Notes: generated from the letters alone by a model not told the origin. A DNA stretch of 64,000 nucleotides from a bacterium (GCA_016930535.1 JAFGGN010000037.1:66529-130528), one strand, 5' to 3'. Shown: positions 10,173 to 20,919, counted from the first letter of the stretch. Numbers and translations: made by a program.

Positions 10173-11384
10173 TTACAATTCAATCCTCATGGTCGTTCCG
10201 GTGCCTGGTCTGGATTCCTTGACAAACAATCTGCCCTTGTGATATTCCTCCACGATGCGCTTTGCGAGTGTCAGTCCCAGACCCCAGCCCCTTTTTTTGG
10301 TGGAATAACCCGGCTTAAAAACCCGTTTTCTGTCTCTCTCCTCCATACCCCGGCCATTGTCCTGGATCTCGATATACACGGTATCCTGATTGGCCATACC
10401 GCATCGTATCTGAATGACGCCCTCGGGTTTGTCCATCGCATCCAGGGCGTTCTTCATGATATTTTCCAGTGCCCACTGAAAAATGTCATAATTAAGGGGC
10501 CGCATAACAGACTCCCCGTAAAATTCCTGCATGGTCACGGGCTTTCCGATTTGGGGTGCCCGCCGCCGGATATATGCCGCTGCATCCCCTATGACGGCCT
10601 TCAGATCCGTTGTTTCAAGCCTCGGTCTGGAACCGATCTGCGAAAACCGGTTGGACACCTGCTGCAGCCGCTGAACATCACGCTGCATCTCCAGCAGGAT
10701 TTCGGTCGTGTTCGACGATGTCGTGTCCGACGATGTCGTATGAGATGATTTTGAGGTTTGCATGACTTCGATCCAACCCATCAGTGAAGAAATGGGAGTT
10801 CCCAGCTGATGGGCGGTTTCTTTGGCCATCCCCACCCAGATATGACGCTGTTCGCTTTTTTTCGTATTCGCATACCCGAGAAATCCCATCAAGACGAAAA
10901 GACCGACCACCAGAATTTCGACGGTGGGAAGCCATTGGAGCTGTTGTATCAGCAGGCTGTCACCGTAATACAGGTATCCTAATACCTGATCCTGATAATG
11001 GATTTTCACCGGTTCTATTTCCCGGTCCATGCGTTCCACGAGCTGGCTTACCTTTGCAAGGGCGGCCTCCGACCTGTCCTCAGGATCGATACCGATACCC
11101 TTCCAGCTGCTTGGATAATGATCCTTATCTGTATTGATAATCGGGAAATTGATTCTTTGAATGATCTCCTCAAAAATAAAACTGAGGTTCATGTCCTCCG
11201 AATCTTCCGCTTCCGCCACACGGGATAGTATTTTCGCATACAACTGGACCTGCGAGCGCGATTCCTGCCGCAGCTGCCGGACGATCTGCTGCGTATAAAA
11301 ATGCAGCGTCAGTCCCATCGCCATGGCCAGAAGGAAAAACAGGCCTCTGAGCCCCCCGAAATTTCTGATTAAAAAGGACCGCAT
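10173..11384 (-). CDS. two-transmembrane sensor histidine kinase (orphan)
   Basis: 403 aa. Two TM helices flank a ~120 aa periplasmic segment. HisKA H-box (HQLGTPISSL) and HATPase_c N, G1 and G2 boxes (NALDAM, DNGRGM, GWGLGL). No response regulator gene is adjacent. Confidence 0.8.
   Translation of the reverse strand: MRSFLIRNFGGLRGLFFLLAMAMGLTLHFYTQQIVRQLRQESRSQVQLYAKILSRVAEAEDSEDMNLSFIFEEIIQRINFPIINTDKDHYPSSWKGIGIDPEDRSEAALAKVSQLVERMDREIEPVKIHYQDQVLGYLYYGDSLLIQQLQWLPTVEILVVGLFVLMGFLGYANTKKSEQRHIWVGMAKETAHQLGTPISSLMGWIEVMQTSKSSHTTSSDTTSSNTTEILLEMQRDVQRLQQVSNRFSQIGSRPRLETTDLKAVIGDAAAYIRRRAPQIGKPVTMQEFYGESVMRPLNYDIFQWALENIMKNALDAMDKPEGVIQIRCGMANQDTVYIEIQDNGRGMEERDRKRVFKPGYSTKKRGWGLGLTLAKRIVEEYHKGRLFVKESRPGTGTTMRIEL
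10706..10750. repeat. 15-nt imperfect tandem repeat (x3) inside the histidine kinase coding sequence
   Basis: tcgtgttcgacgatg / tcgtgtccgacgatg / tcgtatgagatgatt. On the coding strand it encodes the Ser/Thr-rich linker SSHTTSSDTTSSNTT between the DHp helix regions. Confidence 0.5.
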
Positions 11385-11419
11385 TGTTTATCCTTAGCTT
11401 CAGACTGTTTCAGAATTCC

Positions 11420-13990
11420 CTATTTTGAGCTCATTTCCGGCAACTTGTTTATATCCGTCTGTCGTTTCCTTCTACCGAATCCGTATCCCGCAACCGTGCC
11501 CAGAATAAGCAAAATAAAGGCCCCCAAGCTGATTATCAACCCTGTTTTGAAAGTCGCCGGAGCAAAAACAAACTCAATATCATGATGCCCGGGTTCCAGA
11601 AAAACAGACCGGAGCACATAATCCGTTTTATAGATTGTCGTTTCCCGGCCGTCCACATAGGCCTTCCAGCCTGCCGGATAATATATTTCACTGAGCACCA
11701 TACAACAGGCGGTCTCGATGTCCGCTTCGATCCCGATCCGATGGATATCATGGTTCGTGAGCTTTGCACGGTTGTTTTCCGAGGGCTGAATCTGAAAAGG
11801 CGGATCGGCTTCGACGATGGCTGTTTCCGCCGGATCGAAGTGACCACCTGCCATGATGCCGAGTATTTCATCCGGCTCTTTAAAATGGACAACTTTTTCC
11901 GGGAAAAAAATCCTGGGCAATGCTTCGTCGAACCGAAGAATACAATTACCTCCCCGCGCCTGCTGGGGCGGAACATGAACCAATTGAAGTGATGGTTCAG
12001 GAAGCGGCACCTGACAGATCACGTATTTGACATTCAACAGTTTCAGAAACGTATGATGAATCCGCCTGGCTGCATCATTCACTTCATCGGCCGGCCGGAG
12101 ATCCGTTTTCCCGTCCACGGTTCTGATATACTTATTGCCGTAGGCCTCGGGCATGTTGAATGCCTCCATCAGCTCCTGATATATCTTGATTTTGGCGGCT
12201 GAATATCCGAAAACATTCTGAATCCGGTGATACATGTACCAGTTGGGGGACCTCTGGTATGCATCGAAAACCGTCAGAATCCGGAACGGTTCTTCCTGAG
12301 ATTTCAGATAGGAAATCTCAGGAGTTTCGCGAAAATAATTCGCCTGAGTGATTTTTGACCTCGGATGCGCCATTTTCTTGTCGACCACCCACAGATCGAG
12401 TATCATCAGGATACAAAGCGCAACGGAAAGCACGTTCCTGCTGATCAATCTTTTGAGGGTGAGCCAAATGGCCCCCCCGGTAAAAAGAAACAGAAAGAAC
12501 GCTTTGACCGCATCTTTTTGAGCCATCTCACGGGCCCGTACAGCAATGGAATTGAATGCCCTTGGATCGGCACCCGGATACTTGGCCTGCATAAAGGACC
12601 TGACCCAGCCGGAATACAGCTCCTGACTCAATGAAAGCAGGCCGATCAGTATGACAATACCGCCGGCGATCCATAAATACCGCTCAATCGCCTTGCTTTT
12701 CCTCTCCAGCTCATCCCGGGAGAGCCTGATCAGACCATCGAGTCCGAATCCTGCCAGAACGACCATGGAAAAATCGAAGAGGATATGGATCATTTTCGGT
12801 GTTCTGAACTTATTGAAAAAAGGCAGGAATTTGAACAGGGGGCCGTATAAAACAGGCAGATGCTTGCCGAAAGAAATCAGCAGCGCGACTGCAGCCAGCC
12901 ATCCGAAATACCGGACCATACGATTGCGGTTAACAATGAATGCCAGTCCCGCTAGAATCATGACCACCAGACTGAAATAAAGGGGGTAATCCGTAAAATA
13001 TATCTGTCCCCAATACGTATCCCCGCCATACCCCATAAACGACGGGACGACAAATGTCAGCATTTCGGAAGGCGGGAACGACCAGTTGGTTGCATAGCTG
13101 AAATCGAGTCCGCCCGACATGCCTCCGCCCCGTATGGAATAATGCGAATACTCCCAAACAGACATATACAAAACGGAAGAAATAAGCAGGCCGAGAATGG
13201 CGGCGCCTCCAAGCAGACCGATACTGCCAAGAATTTTCCTGAAGTCATTCTTTTCTTTAAACTGGACCACGAGCCAGTAAATGACATAGATGGCCAGCAT
13301 GATATAAGTATAATAACAGATTTGCAGATGCGCCCTGAGAAGCTGTAATCCGATGGCCAGGCCGGTCAGTGAGAAAAAAAGCAGGTTGCGCTTATCCAGA
13401 AGACGTTCAACCAGAAGAAACACAACCGGTATCAGAACAGCAGATGTGAGTTTTGTATGATGGCCGAATGCCGTATAAGAGATAAATTCCGGCATCATGA
13501 CGATTGCTATACCCGCAAACAATGCGGCCATGGAGGATGTATTCCTGCTTCGCATGAACAGAACCATCATGACTGCAAGAAGCAGATAATTGATGAAGAG
13601 GCGTGTAAAATCCGTCAGGGGAATCACTTTGCCAAAAAGCCAGATAAATCCGTTGATCACATCGCCGATGGCATCCGCATAGGGTGCACTGCTTAAACTG
13701 GCAAAACTGGGCATTCCGCTGAAAATATAGGGATTCCATAACGGAAACGTACCCTCATCCAGGGCCCCTTGAATGAAAGGCTCGTAGCTTTTCGCGGTCA
13801 TACTGTCAGGGGGCTGAAATGTCCTGTTGGAGAACATGACCGGTTCAAAATAAGCCAGAAGCAGAATAAAGATGATGCCCAGTGTCAGAATGCCGGCATG
13901 CTTTTGCCAGAAGGGCAAACCGGACGGCGCCTGTTCGACAGAAACAGGCATTACATTCTGTTTTTTAGACTTTTTGGAACGCTTGGCCAT
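11420..13990 (-). CDS. YfhO-like polytopic membrane protein (putative glycosyltransferase / glycan polymerisation factor)
   Basis: 856 aa. More than 12 predicted TM helices, then a large extracytoplasmic C-terminal domain and a final TM segment. The layout is typical of the YfhO family. Confidence 0.55.
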   Translation of the reverse strand: MAKRSKKSKKQNVMPVSVEQAPSGLPFWQKHAGILTLGIIFILLLAYFEPVMFSNRTFQPPDSMTAKSYEPFIQGALDEGTFPLWNPYIFSGMPSFASLSSAPYADAIGDVINGFIWLFGKVIPLTDFTRLFINYLLLAVMMVLFMRSRNTSSMAALFAGIAIVMMPEFISYTAFGHHTKLTSAVLIPVVFLLVERLLDKRNLLFFSLTGLAIGLQLLRAHLQICYYTYIMLAIYVIYWLVVQFKEKNDFRKILGSIGLLGGAAILGLLISSVLYMSVWEYSHYSIRGGGMSGGLDFSYATNWSFPPSEMLTFVVPSFMGYGGDTYWGQIYFTDYPLYFSLVVMILAGLAFIVNRNRMVRYFGWLAAVALLISFGKHLPVLYGPLFKFLPFFNKFRTPKMIHILFDFSMVVLAGFGLDGLIRLSRDELERKSKAIERYLWIAGGIVILIGLLSLSQELYSGWVRSFMQAKYPGADPRAFNSIAVRAREMAQKDAVKAFFLFLFTGGAIWLTLKRLISRNVLSVALCILMILDLWVVDKKMAHPRSKITQANYFRETPEISYLKSQEEPFRILTVFDAYQRSPNWYMYHRIQNVFGYSAAKIKIYQELMEAFNMPEAYGNKYIRTVDGKTDLRPADEVNDAARRIHHTFLKLLNVKYVICQVPLPEPSLQLVHVPPQQARGGNCILRFDEALPRIFFPEKVVHFKEPDEILGIMAGGHFDPAETAIVEADPPFQIQPSENNRAKLTNHDIHRIGIEADIETACCMVLSEIYYPAGWKAYVDGRETTIYKTDYVLRSVFLEPGHHDIEFVFAPATFKTGLIISLGAFILLILGTVAGYGFGRRKRQTDINKLPEMSSK

Positions 13991-14065
13991 GACAATCTCC
14001 TGTTCGTTTCTGAAACGGACCGGCAGCGCCTGTGCTTCCGGCGGTTACGGCCCGTTGATCTGTTT

Positions 14066-15547
14066 TCAGCGACTGATGTCCCTGTCTGTTTTCCTCTTCA
14101 TCCGGAACTGCTTCCAGTTTTTAATGGCACGTAATTCCTGTACCGTATAAAAACGTGTGCACCATAGCAAAAACGGATATCCGATAATCAGAAGCGTTTT
14201 CAACGCGATTCTAAGCACAATTGATTCAATCTGAATACGGCCGGACACGACGAAAATCAGGCTCCCGATCAGGACAATTTTCAGCACACGGTCTATTTCA
14301 TACCGAATCGGATATAATTTACCCGCAACAATGATCATGAATATCATGAGAAGCGAATATGAAAAAGTGGTGCCGGCAGCTGTGCCGATGACACCGAACC
14401 GGGGTACGATCAATAAATAGACCAATATCTGTACACCGGCTGTCAGGGCCGTGATCATGGCGTAGTATTTTGTTTTACCGGTAAGCAAAACGCCCACATC
14501 GACGGTGTTGAACAATCCGTAAAAAAGGTAGGCCGCCGCTATCCAGGGAATGACCCGATATGCCTCCAGATAATCCGCTGTTGTAAACAGTGTGACTATT
14601 TCACGCGACAATACGGACAGAATAAGAAACAGGAGCATACCGGCCGCCAGAAAATATGTGAAGGACAGGCTGTAAATACGCCTGGCATTGGGCTCGTTTT
14701 TCACAGAGAAAAGAAACGGCAGCCAGGCCGTACGAAACGGGTGTACAAGCAGCATATTGACGATCATACCGAATCGCCATCCCAGACCGTATAAGCCCAC
14801 ATCATGGTCGGATTGATAAAAATGCAGAAAATACTGTCCCGTCATCGAGAGCGACCAGGCTGCAATACCGCTGGGTACGAGCGGCAGTCCGAAATGCAGA
14901 AGCTGTTTCAACAGGGCGCCGGAAAAGCCGATCCGAATCCTCTTCAGTATCATAATACCCAATACTGAGAAAATTCCCATGGAGGTGATAAGCTGGCTTT
15001 CCATGATGCCCTGTATACCACGCTCACGCACAGCCACATTGATGATATTCAACGTAACAAGCACGCTGAAATGGACGATATTCACGACCGCGAAGTGTAC
15101 GGGACGTTCCCAGGCACGGAGAAGCGACAGGATCAGAATACGGAACAGATCAAAAAACACTGCGCCGAAAATAAGCCGCAGGTACAGTGCGACCGCGGCA
15201 TCATTGAATATCAGCAAAGCCAGTCTGCCGGACAGGGCCATCAGTAGCAAGGTGACCGGTACGGCCCAGATGACATACGTGATCAATGCCGTCGATATCG
15301 TCCTGTCACGCTCATCATCATCTTTCGCCTCGTGATAGACCTTGAAAATGGCCGACTGAAATCCAAGCCCCAGAAGCAGTACAAGCATCATCTGAATGGT
15401 TTGAAGCAGGCTGTACACGCCATAGGATTCGGTGCTCAAATGCCGCGTATACAGCGGAATGAGGAAAAAGGCGATGGCCTTCACGACCATATCACCCAGA
15501 CCGTAAACCACTGTATGTGCGCCCAGTTTTTTAAAATGGTGTATCAT
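14066..15547 (-). CDS. Wzx-like polysaccharide flippase (MOP superfamily)
   Basis: The start was set at MIHHFKKLGAHTVVYGLGD, which gives an ATGA overlap with the upstream GT4 stop. The ORF track start at 15685 would overlap the upstream gene by 142 nt. 12-14 TM helices with the FLLPLYTR motif. Confidence 0.75.
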   Translation of the reverse strand: MIHHFKKLGAHTVVYGLGDMVVKAIAFFLIPLYTRHLSTESYGVYSLLQTIQMMLVLLLGLGFQSAIFKVYHEAKDDDERDRTISTALITYVIWAVPVTLLLMALSGRLALLIFNDAAVALYLRLIFGAVFFDLFRILILSLLRAWERPVHFAVVNIVHFSVLVTLNIINVAVRERGIQGIMESQLITSMGIFSVLGIMILKRIRIGFSGALLKQLLHFGLPLVPSGIAAWSLSMTGQYFLHFYQSDHDVGLYGLGWRFGMIVNMLLVHPFRTAWLPFLFSVKNEPNARRIYSLSFTYFLAAGMLLFLILSVLSREIVTLFTTADYLEAYRVIPWIAAAYLFYGLFNTVDVGVLLTGKTKYYAMITALTAGVQILVYLLIVPRFGVIGTAAGTTFSYSLLMIFMIIVAGKLYPIRYEIDRVLKIVLIGSLIFVVSGRIQIESIVLRIALKTLLIIGYPFLLWCTRFYTVQELRAIKNWKQFRMKRKTDRDISR

Positions 15548-16725
15548 GCTGTTGTATTCAGATTCCTGTAAAGTTCGATCAGTTTTAACTGCTCCAGGTT
15601 CCAATTGTACTTTTCCAGAACGGCCTTTCTGCCCCGCCTGCCCATTTCCCCGGTCCGGTTGCCCTGAAATAATGATCTCACGCATTCCGCAAAGCTCGCC
15701 GGATTCCCCGCTTCAAATACGACGCCGCATCCGGTTTCAGTGACAATACGCTCCAGCGGACGGCAATTACTGACAATGACTGGTTTCTCCATGGCCATGT
15801 ACTGAAACAGTTTATGCGGTATAGTCGAATGCGTATGCTCCGTGGCTTCATGCGGCACAAGGCAGGCATCCGATTCGCCGATATAATCCGGTACTTCCTG
15901 GAATGGTACCCAGTCGATCATTTTTATCCGTTCCTGCAGGCCCAGATCACGGATCAGCCGGTCATAAGATGCCGCATTCCTGCCTTTTCCGATCATCCGC
16001 AACCGGATATAATACTTGTCCGAGCACAGTATCGAAATGGCGTGTATCACGGTTTCAAGTCCGCGATGGGGTCCGAATCCGCCAATATATGTCAGCAGGG
16101 GCTCCTTATTCACCGGAACGGATTTTGCGGGTAAAAACATGTCCATCTCGGGAGTGTTCGAGACAACAGAAATCCGGTCTGCATCAACTTTCAATTCCTG
16201 TATACGTCGGGCAGCTTCATCCACGACCGTGATTACGGCCGTTGCTTTCCGTACCGCATACGCTTCATATTCTTTCCACCGCCTGATATTAAAAAAAACG
16301 GATTTCAGCAATCCCCGGTCATTCCCGCCGTCCCGTAAAAGGGCCGGATAATTTTCATGAAGATCAAGCACAAGCGGTATTCGGAAACGCCGGCAGAGAC
16401 GCATGCCGGTTTTTGCCAGAGGCAAATCATGGACATGCACAACATCGATTTCACCGAGATCCAGTTTAAGGCAAATCTGATTCTCCCAGAACATATGATA
16501 GAACGGCAGCCGTTCCGCAGTGGCCTGTAATTGATAAAATGACTTTCTTAACGTCCTGAACCGGATTATTTCAACACCCTGATCGTTTTCACGAAGCACC
16601 CGGTCCCGTTTGAAAGTCGGCACGATGACAAAAACACGATGGCCGGTTTTGGAAAGTGCGACGGCTTCGTTCTGCACCCTGACATCCGGGGGGAATTCAT
16701 TGTCCAGAAGCATCAATATATTCAT
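15544..16725 (-). CDS. glycosyltransferase family 4
   Basis: 393 aa. GT-B fold, Glycos_transf_1 C-terminal domain (EGFGLV-type region GGFGPHRGLETVIHA). 4-nt overlaps with both neighbouring genes. Confidence 0.8.
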   Translation of the reverse strand: MNILMLLDNEFPPDVRVQNEAVALSKTGHRVFVIVPTFKRDRVLRENDQGVEIIRFRTLRKSFYQLQATAERLPFYHMFWENQICLKLDLGEIDVVHVHDLPLAKTGMRLCRRFRIPLVLDLHENYPALLRDGGNDRGLLKSVFFNIRRWKEYEAYAVRKATAVITVVDEAARRIQELKVDADRISVVSNTPEMDMFLPAKSVPVNKEPLLTYIGGFGPHRGLETVIHAISILCSDKYYIRLRMIGKGRNAASYDRLIRDLGLQERIKMIDWVPFQEVPDYIGESDACLVPHEATEHTHSTIPHKLFQYMAMEKPVIVSNCRPLERIVTETGCGVVFEAGNPASFAECVRSLFQGNRTGEMGRRGRKAVLEKYNWNLEQLKLIELYRNLNTTA

Positions 16726-18050
16726 TCATTTTCCTGCTGTAAGACTGTTCCGGAAAGCACCTTATGAAAGAGCCCGGCCAAATGTCCGGTAATCACTTTC
16801 CTGTCATACCTGTTGATCATATCCGCATCGACGGGTATATCTTCCCCCGCCTGCCATTTCCCGATCATCCTGAGGAGCGTATGGTGCACCGCTACAGGAT
16901 GCTGCGGGGATACGACCTCCCCGGCTTTCAGCGTTCGTATCAGATCGGCAGCTTCGCCTTCTGGGGCGATGGCCAGTATCGGACGTCCGGATGCCAGATA
17001 TTCATAACACTTCCCGGTAATAATTGACCGGCTCGCCCGTGCATCGTCAATAATCAGCAGCAGGACATCCGATTTCAGCATATATTCGAGACTCTCCCGG
17101 TGCGTGACATAAGGGATATGAACAATGTGATCACCGAATGCCCCGAAAGCCCGGATAAATTCAGGATCCACACGGCCGATAAACTGAACCCGGATTTTTT
17201 GCCGGTATTGCGGCTGATTTTGAAAAAGCAGCCGAAGCCCTTCGAGGAAACTTTCCGGATTCCGGTGTCCGTACAGAGATCCTGTATAGGTAATCACAAA
17301 GTGCGTCCCGGCAGTCTCCGGAGTCAGGCCATTGAAATCTTCTCTGTCAAATCCATTGGGAATAAGGGACCATTTCTCCTTGCTCACGTCCGGATGTCTG
17401 GACAGCAGATCCTGCTGAATCCCTCTGGTAACGTGTGTTATGTGATCCGCCCGCTTCAGTACGGAATTCTCCATGGCGAGATCTATCCGGCGCGATATAC
17501 CGGTCCGCTTTGGAGCAGAAAGCCAATCCACCCATGAATCACGGAAATCCGCAATCCAGGGCAAATCCGCGTAATCTGCAATCGCCCTGGCGACCAAATG
17601 CGTTGTATACGGTGGGGCCGAAGAAAATATCAGGTCAATTCGTTCGTTTTTCAGCAATTTTTTTCCGGCAGGAACGGCTGTGCTGCGCCAAAAGCATCTC
17701 GCGTCGGGGATAAAAAAATTCGAACGGACAAACTCCGCAATCCGCTCCCTCAGAGAACGTCTTCTCCGATGCAGCGTGGCCATATCGGTCCCCTGAGCGG
17801 ATGATTTGCCGGTAAAGCGATGGAATGCGCGATACGGTTCAAAAATCCGGGTACGAATCACCCTGATATCCTTTGGAATCTCATTCAAGAGGGATGAATC
17901 CCGGACCGGAAAACCCGCATTTTCATTCACCGTAAGCACGAGGGGCTCCCATCCGAATTCCGGCAGGTATTTCACGAATTTCATCACACGCTGAACACCG
18001 GCGCCCCCGGAGGGCGGGAAATAGTATGCGATAATCAATACCTTTTTCAT
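16722..18050 (-). CDS. glycosyltransferase family 4
   Basis: 442 aa. N-terminal YYFPPSGGAGVQRV motif and C-terminal GT1/GT4 domain. ATGA overlap with the neighbouring genes. Confidence 0.75.
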   Translation of the reverse strand: MKKVLIIAYYFPPSGGAGVQRVMKFVKYLPEFGWEPLVLTVNENAGFPVRDSSLLNEIPKDIRVIRTRIFEPYRAFHRFTGKSSAQGTDMATLHRRRRSLRERIAEFVRSNFFIPDARCFWRSTAVPAGKKLLKNERIDLIFSSAPPYTTHLVARAIADYADLPWIADFRDSWVDWLSAPKRTGISRRIDLAMENSVLKRADHITHVTRGIQQDLLSRHPDVSKEKWSLIPNGFDREDFNGLTPETAGTHFVITYTGSLYGHRNPESFLEGLRLLFQNQPQYRQKIRVQFIGRVDPEFIRAFGAFGDHIVHIPYVTHRESLEYMLKSDVLLLIIDDARASRSIITGKCYEYLASGRPILAIAPEGEAADLIRTLKAGEVVSPQHPVAVHHTLLRMIGKWQAGEDIPVDADMINRYDRKVITGHLAGLFHKVLSGTVLQQENE

Positions 18051-19192
18051 GTCATCGCTGCTTTATCCGGATGAATCATTTCCACTACAGCTTCGGCCAT
18101 GTGTTCCCACGACTGCTGCTTCTTTTCCGCCCTGATATGGCTCTCAAATGGAATTTCATTCATGTCCCGATGAAAAAACCGTTGAACGGTTTCGGAAATC
18201 GCATCCGGGGATTGAGGAGGCACCACGTATCCCGTACGTCCGTGAACCACCTGTTCAGGCAAACCGCCAACGTCGGTGACAAGAACGGGCCGGTCATAAT
18301 GAAAGGCCACTTGAACCACTCCGCTTTGTGTGGCCGTCACATAGGGCAGCACCACCAGGTCTGCTGCAGAAAAATAAACGTTCACCTCCTCATTCGGTAT
18401 AAACCGGTCATATACGGAAACAATATCATCCAGTCCTAAATCATGGATCAATTGCAGTGTTTCGGCCTGTCCCTCGTAGAATTCACCGCAGATCAGGCAG
18501 CGGACGTCCCTGTCTTTTGAGATTTCAGGCAAAGCGAGAATGAGTGTTCTCAATCCCTTGTAGGCACGGATCAGTCCGAAGTAGAGTATAACCGACTTTT
18601 CACGAATGCTCAGACATTTTCTGGCGTCTTTCTTTTTGAGGGACGGAGGAAATATCCTGTATACGGGATGCGGAACCTGTCTGTAGCGGGCCTGCTTCCG
18701 GATTGAAAGCAGTTCATCACGCACGCTGCGGGATAATACGATATATCCGTCGGCAAAGCGCAGTCCAAGCTTCGTTAATACAATATCGCCCACCCTTCTT
18801 TCATGAGGAATGATATTGTCGCAGACAGTCACGATCCTCAGATTCATCCACCATTTGGCCAGTCCCGCCACAACCGCATAGCAGGGTGAAAAAAAAGGCA
18901 TCCAGTATTTAAAAATAAGGGCCTCCGGCCGGATACTTTTTAACCAGAGCACAGCCTGTATCCAGGTCAGCGGATTCAGTGAATCCAGAATTGCATGAGA
19001 TGAAATCGGTATTAAATCCCGGCCGGTATCCATCTGTGTTTTTCCCGGAAACAACCAGGCCGGATATTGCCGTTTAAAGGATAACGAATGGACATCATGA
19101 CCGGCTTTCCGCAGTGCCTGATACAACAGAGCCCCTGACTGGGCAATGCCCCCGCGCATGGGATAGGCCGGACCCACAATCACCAATCTCAT
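18047..19192 (-). CDS. glycosyltransferase family 4
   Basis: 381 aa. N-terminal PMRGGIAQ motif and a GT-B C-terminal domain. Confidence 0.75.
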   Translation of the reverse strand: MRLVIVGPAYPMRGGIAQSGALLYQALRKAGHDVHSLSFKRQYPAWLFPGKTQMDTGRDLIPISSHAILDSLNPLTWIQAVLWLKSIRPEALIFKYWMPFFSPCYAVVAGLAKWWMNLRIVTVCDNIIPHERRVGDIVLTKLGLRFADGYIVLSRSVRDELLSIRKQARYRQVPHPVYRIFPPSLKKKDARKCLSIREKSVILYFGLIRAYKGLRTLILALPEISKDRDVRCLICGEFYEGQAETLQLIHDLGLDDIVSVYDRFIPNEEVNVYFSAADLVVLPYVTATQSGVVQVAFHYDRPVLVTDVGGLPEQVVHGRTGYVVPPQSPDAISETVQRFFHRDMNEIPFESHIRAEKKQQSWEHMAEAVVEMIHPDKAAMT

Positions 19193-19193
19193 C

Positions 19194-20129
19194 TTATTCC
19201 CCCAAAAACCGCCGAATGGAATAATTCCGGTTTTTGGAATGAGACCGTGTGATCATTTCCCCGAGTAAACCGATACTGAAAAACTGCATGCCCAGAAGAA
19301 TAAACAGCACGCCGATAAACAACAGCGGCCGGTTGCTCAGGTATATGGTTTTTATGATCCGCAGAACCATGAGCGTGACGGTAATCACTGCACCAATACT
19401 GCCGAAGACGAGGCCCCACATTCCAAAGAGGTGGAGGGGACGCCGCGTGTAACGGCTGAGGAACATAATGGTGATTAAATCCAGAAATCCCTTGAAAAAA
19501 CGGGATGCGCCGTATTTGCTCCGGCCGAATAAACGGGGTCTGTGATTCACGGGCATTTCTCCGACGCTGAATCCTTCCCAGGAAACCAGCGCCGGAATAT
19601 ACCGGTGCAACTCGCCGTATATATGAACCGATTCAACCACTTCCCTGCGGTACATCTTGATACCGCAGTTGAAATCATGCAGTTTGATACCGGTCATGAC
19701 TGAAGTCATGAAATTCCAGATTTTGGAGGGAATCCGTTTGGACAGGGGATCTTTACGTGTTTTTTTCCATCCCGAAACCAGATCAAGCCCCTCATCCAGC
19801 ACCCGGATCAGAAATGGAATTTCTGCAGGATCGTCCTGTAAATCCGCATCCAGTGTGAGCACCCTGTCCCCTCTGACCACCGAGAAACCGGCCGACAAGG
19901 CTTCCGCTTTTCCAAAATTCCTCCGGAACTGAATCACACGGATCCGCTTGTCCTTCTGATGCAGTTCTTCAAGGAGTGCAAATGAACCGTCCGTGGATCC
20001 GTCGTCGACAAAGATGATTTCAAAGGAGATCTTCTGCTCTTCGCAGACAACGCTGATCTGCCTGACCAGTTCGGCAAGCGAATCTTCTTCATTGAAGACA
20101 GGCACCACGACTGACAAATCCATGCTCAT
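19194..20129 (-). CDS. glycosyltransferase family 2, polyprenyl-phosphate sugar transferase type (DPM1/GtrB-like)
   Basis: 311 aa. GT-A motifs (VVVPVFNEE, DDGSTDGS, DAD). Two C-terminal TM helices, as in GtrB and ArnC. Confidence 0.8.
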   Translation of the reverse strand: MSMDLSVVVPVFNEEDSLAELVRQISVVCEEQKISFEIIFVDDGSTDGSFALLEELHQKDKRIRVIQFRRNFGKAEALSAGFSVVRGDRVLTLDADLQDDPAEIPFLIRVLDEGLDLVSGWKKTRKDPLSKRIPSKIWNFMTSVMTGIKLHDFNCGIKMYRREVVESVHIYGELHRYIPALVSWEGFSVGEMPVNHRPRLFGRSKYGASRFFKGFLDLITIMFLSRYTRRPLHLFGMWGLVFGSIGAVITVTLMVLRIIKTIYLSNRPLLFIGVLFILLGMQFFSIGLLGEMITRSHSKNRNYSIRRFLGE

Positions 20130-20145
20130 ATTCTCTTTCCGGAAT

Positions 20146-20919
20146 TTATAACGGGAGCGGATTCACACTTTCAGGAATTTTCAATGTGCACCATCCCGTA
20201 TTCAACTCCTGGTTGGTTTTACGTTTCGTGTAGTAAACCGTCACTTTCTGTCTGGGTTCTTCCGTGGTAATCTGAATGGTCTGAGGCATTCTGATTCCGC
20301 CCGACTTTTTGAAACGGGATCCTTCCCAGGTCCATATCGGTTTTCCGGTCTCGTCTTTCTTTTCCCATCGCGTGATGACCGGACCTTTTGGATGAACCCA
20401 GATGCGCTCCCCGTTCTGAAAGCCATAGACATATTGACCGTCTTTCGTATAAAAAAGAGACATGTCCTTCAAATGCTCGGCGTTCATTTTCATGAGACCC
20501 AGTGCCTGTAATAAAAAATCCGCCGTATTCATATGAAAAGGAAGAAAGTCCCGGAGCGTGTCCCGAAGGGATCCTTCGAACGCCAAATGCAAATAAGGAC
20601 TGTAAAACAGTACGTCCTCGCTGCACAACCGCATCAGCGCCATATCCACGCCGAAAGGACCTTCAACTTTGGCCAGCATGGAATCAGGAAGATGGGCTTT
20701 CACTTCGAGCGTCCCGTAAAAATTACCCATCTCCGAGTTCACGAGAAGCTGCGCATGCCCCTGAATCGTACTTAATTTATCCGTATGCCGCGTGATCCTG
20801 CGCATGAGCTCACCGGGTGCCGTCTCGGGAAGCGGCCCGCTGCCCGGAAAAACACCCGCACACCGGAAAAGGCAGAGGCTCAGGCCCATGATGCAGAAAA
20901 TGAATGCCGATTTTTTCAT
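20146..20919 (-). CDS. DUF4292-like (LolA-fold) lipoprotein
   Basis: 257 aa with a signal peptide and a Cys. It sits immediately downstream of a TPR protein, as DUF4292 genes typically do. The family assignment is from memory of the family profile. Confidence 0.4.
   Translation of the reverse strand: MKKSAFIFCIMGLSLCLFRCAGVFPGSGPLPETAPGELMRRITRHTDKLSTIQGHAQLLVNSEMGNFYGTLEVKAHLPDSMLAKVEGPFGVDMALMRLCSEDVLFYSPYLHLAFEGSLRDTLRDFLPFHMNTADFLLQALGLMKMNAEHLKDMSLFYTKDGQYVYGFQNGERIWVHPKGPVITRWEKKDETGKPIWTWEGSRFKKSGGIRMPQTIQITTEEPRQKVTVYYTKRKTNQELNTGWCTLKIPESVNPLPL

Noticed and set aside
14066-15685. Flippase ORF as given by the track (539 aa), overlapping the upstream GT4 gene by 142 nt
   Set aside because: The conserved Wzx N-terminus begins at the internal Met (MIHHFKK…), which gives a clean ATGA overlap with the GT4 stop at 15544-15547. 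The upstream extension is therefore read-through of the GT4 3' end in another frame.
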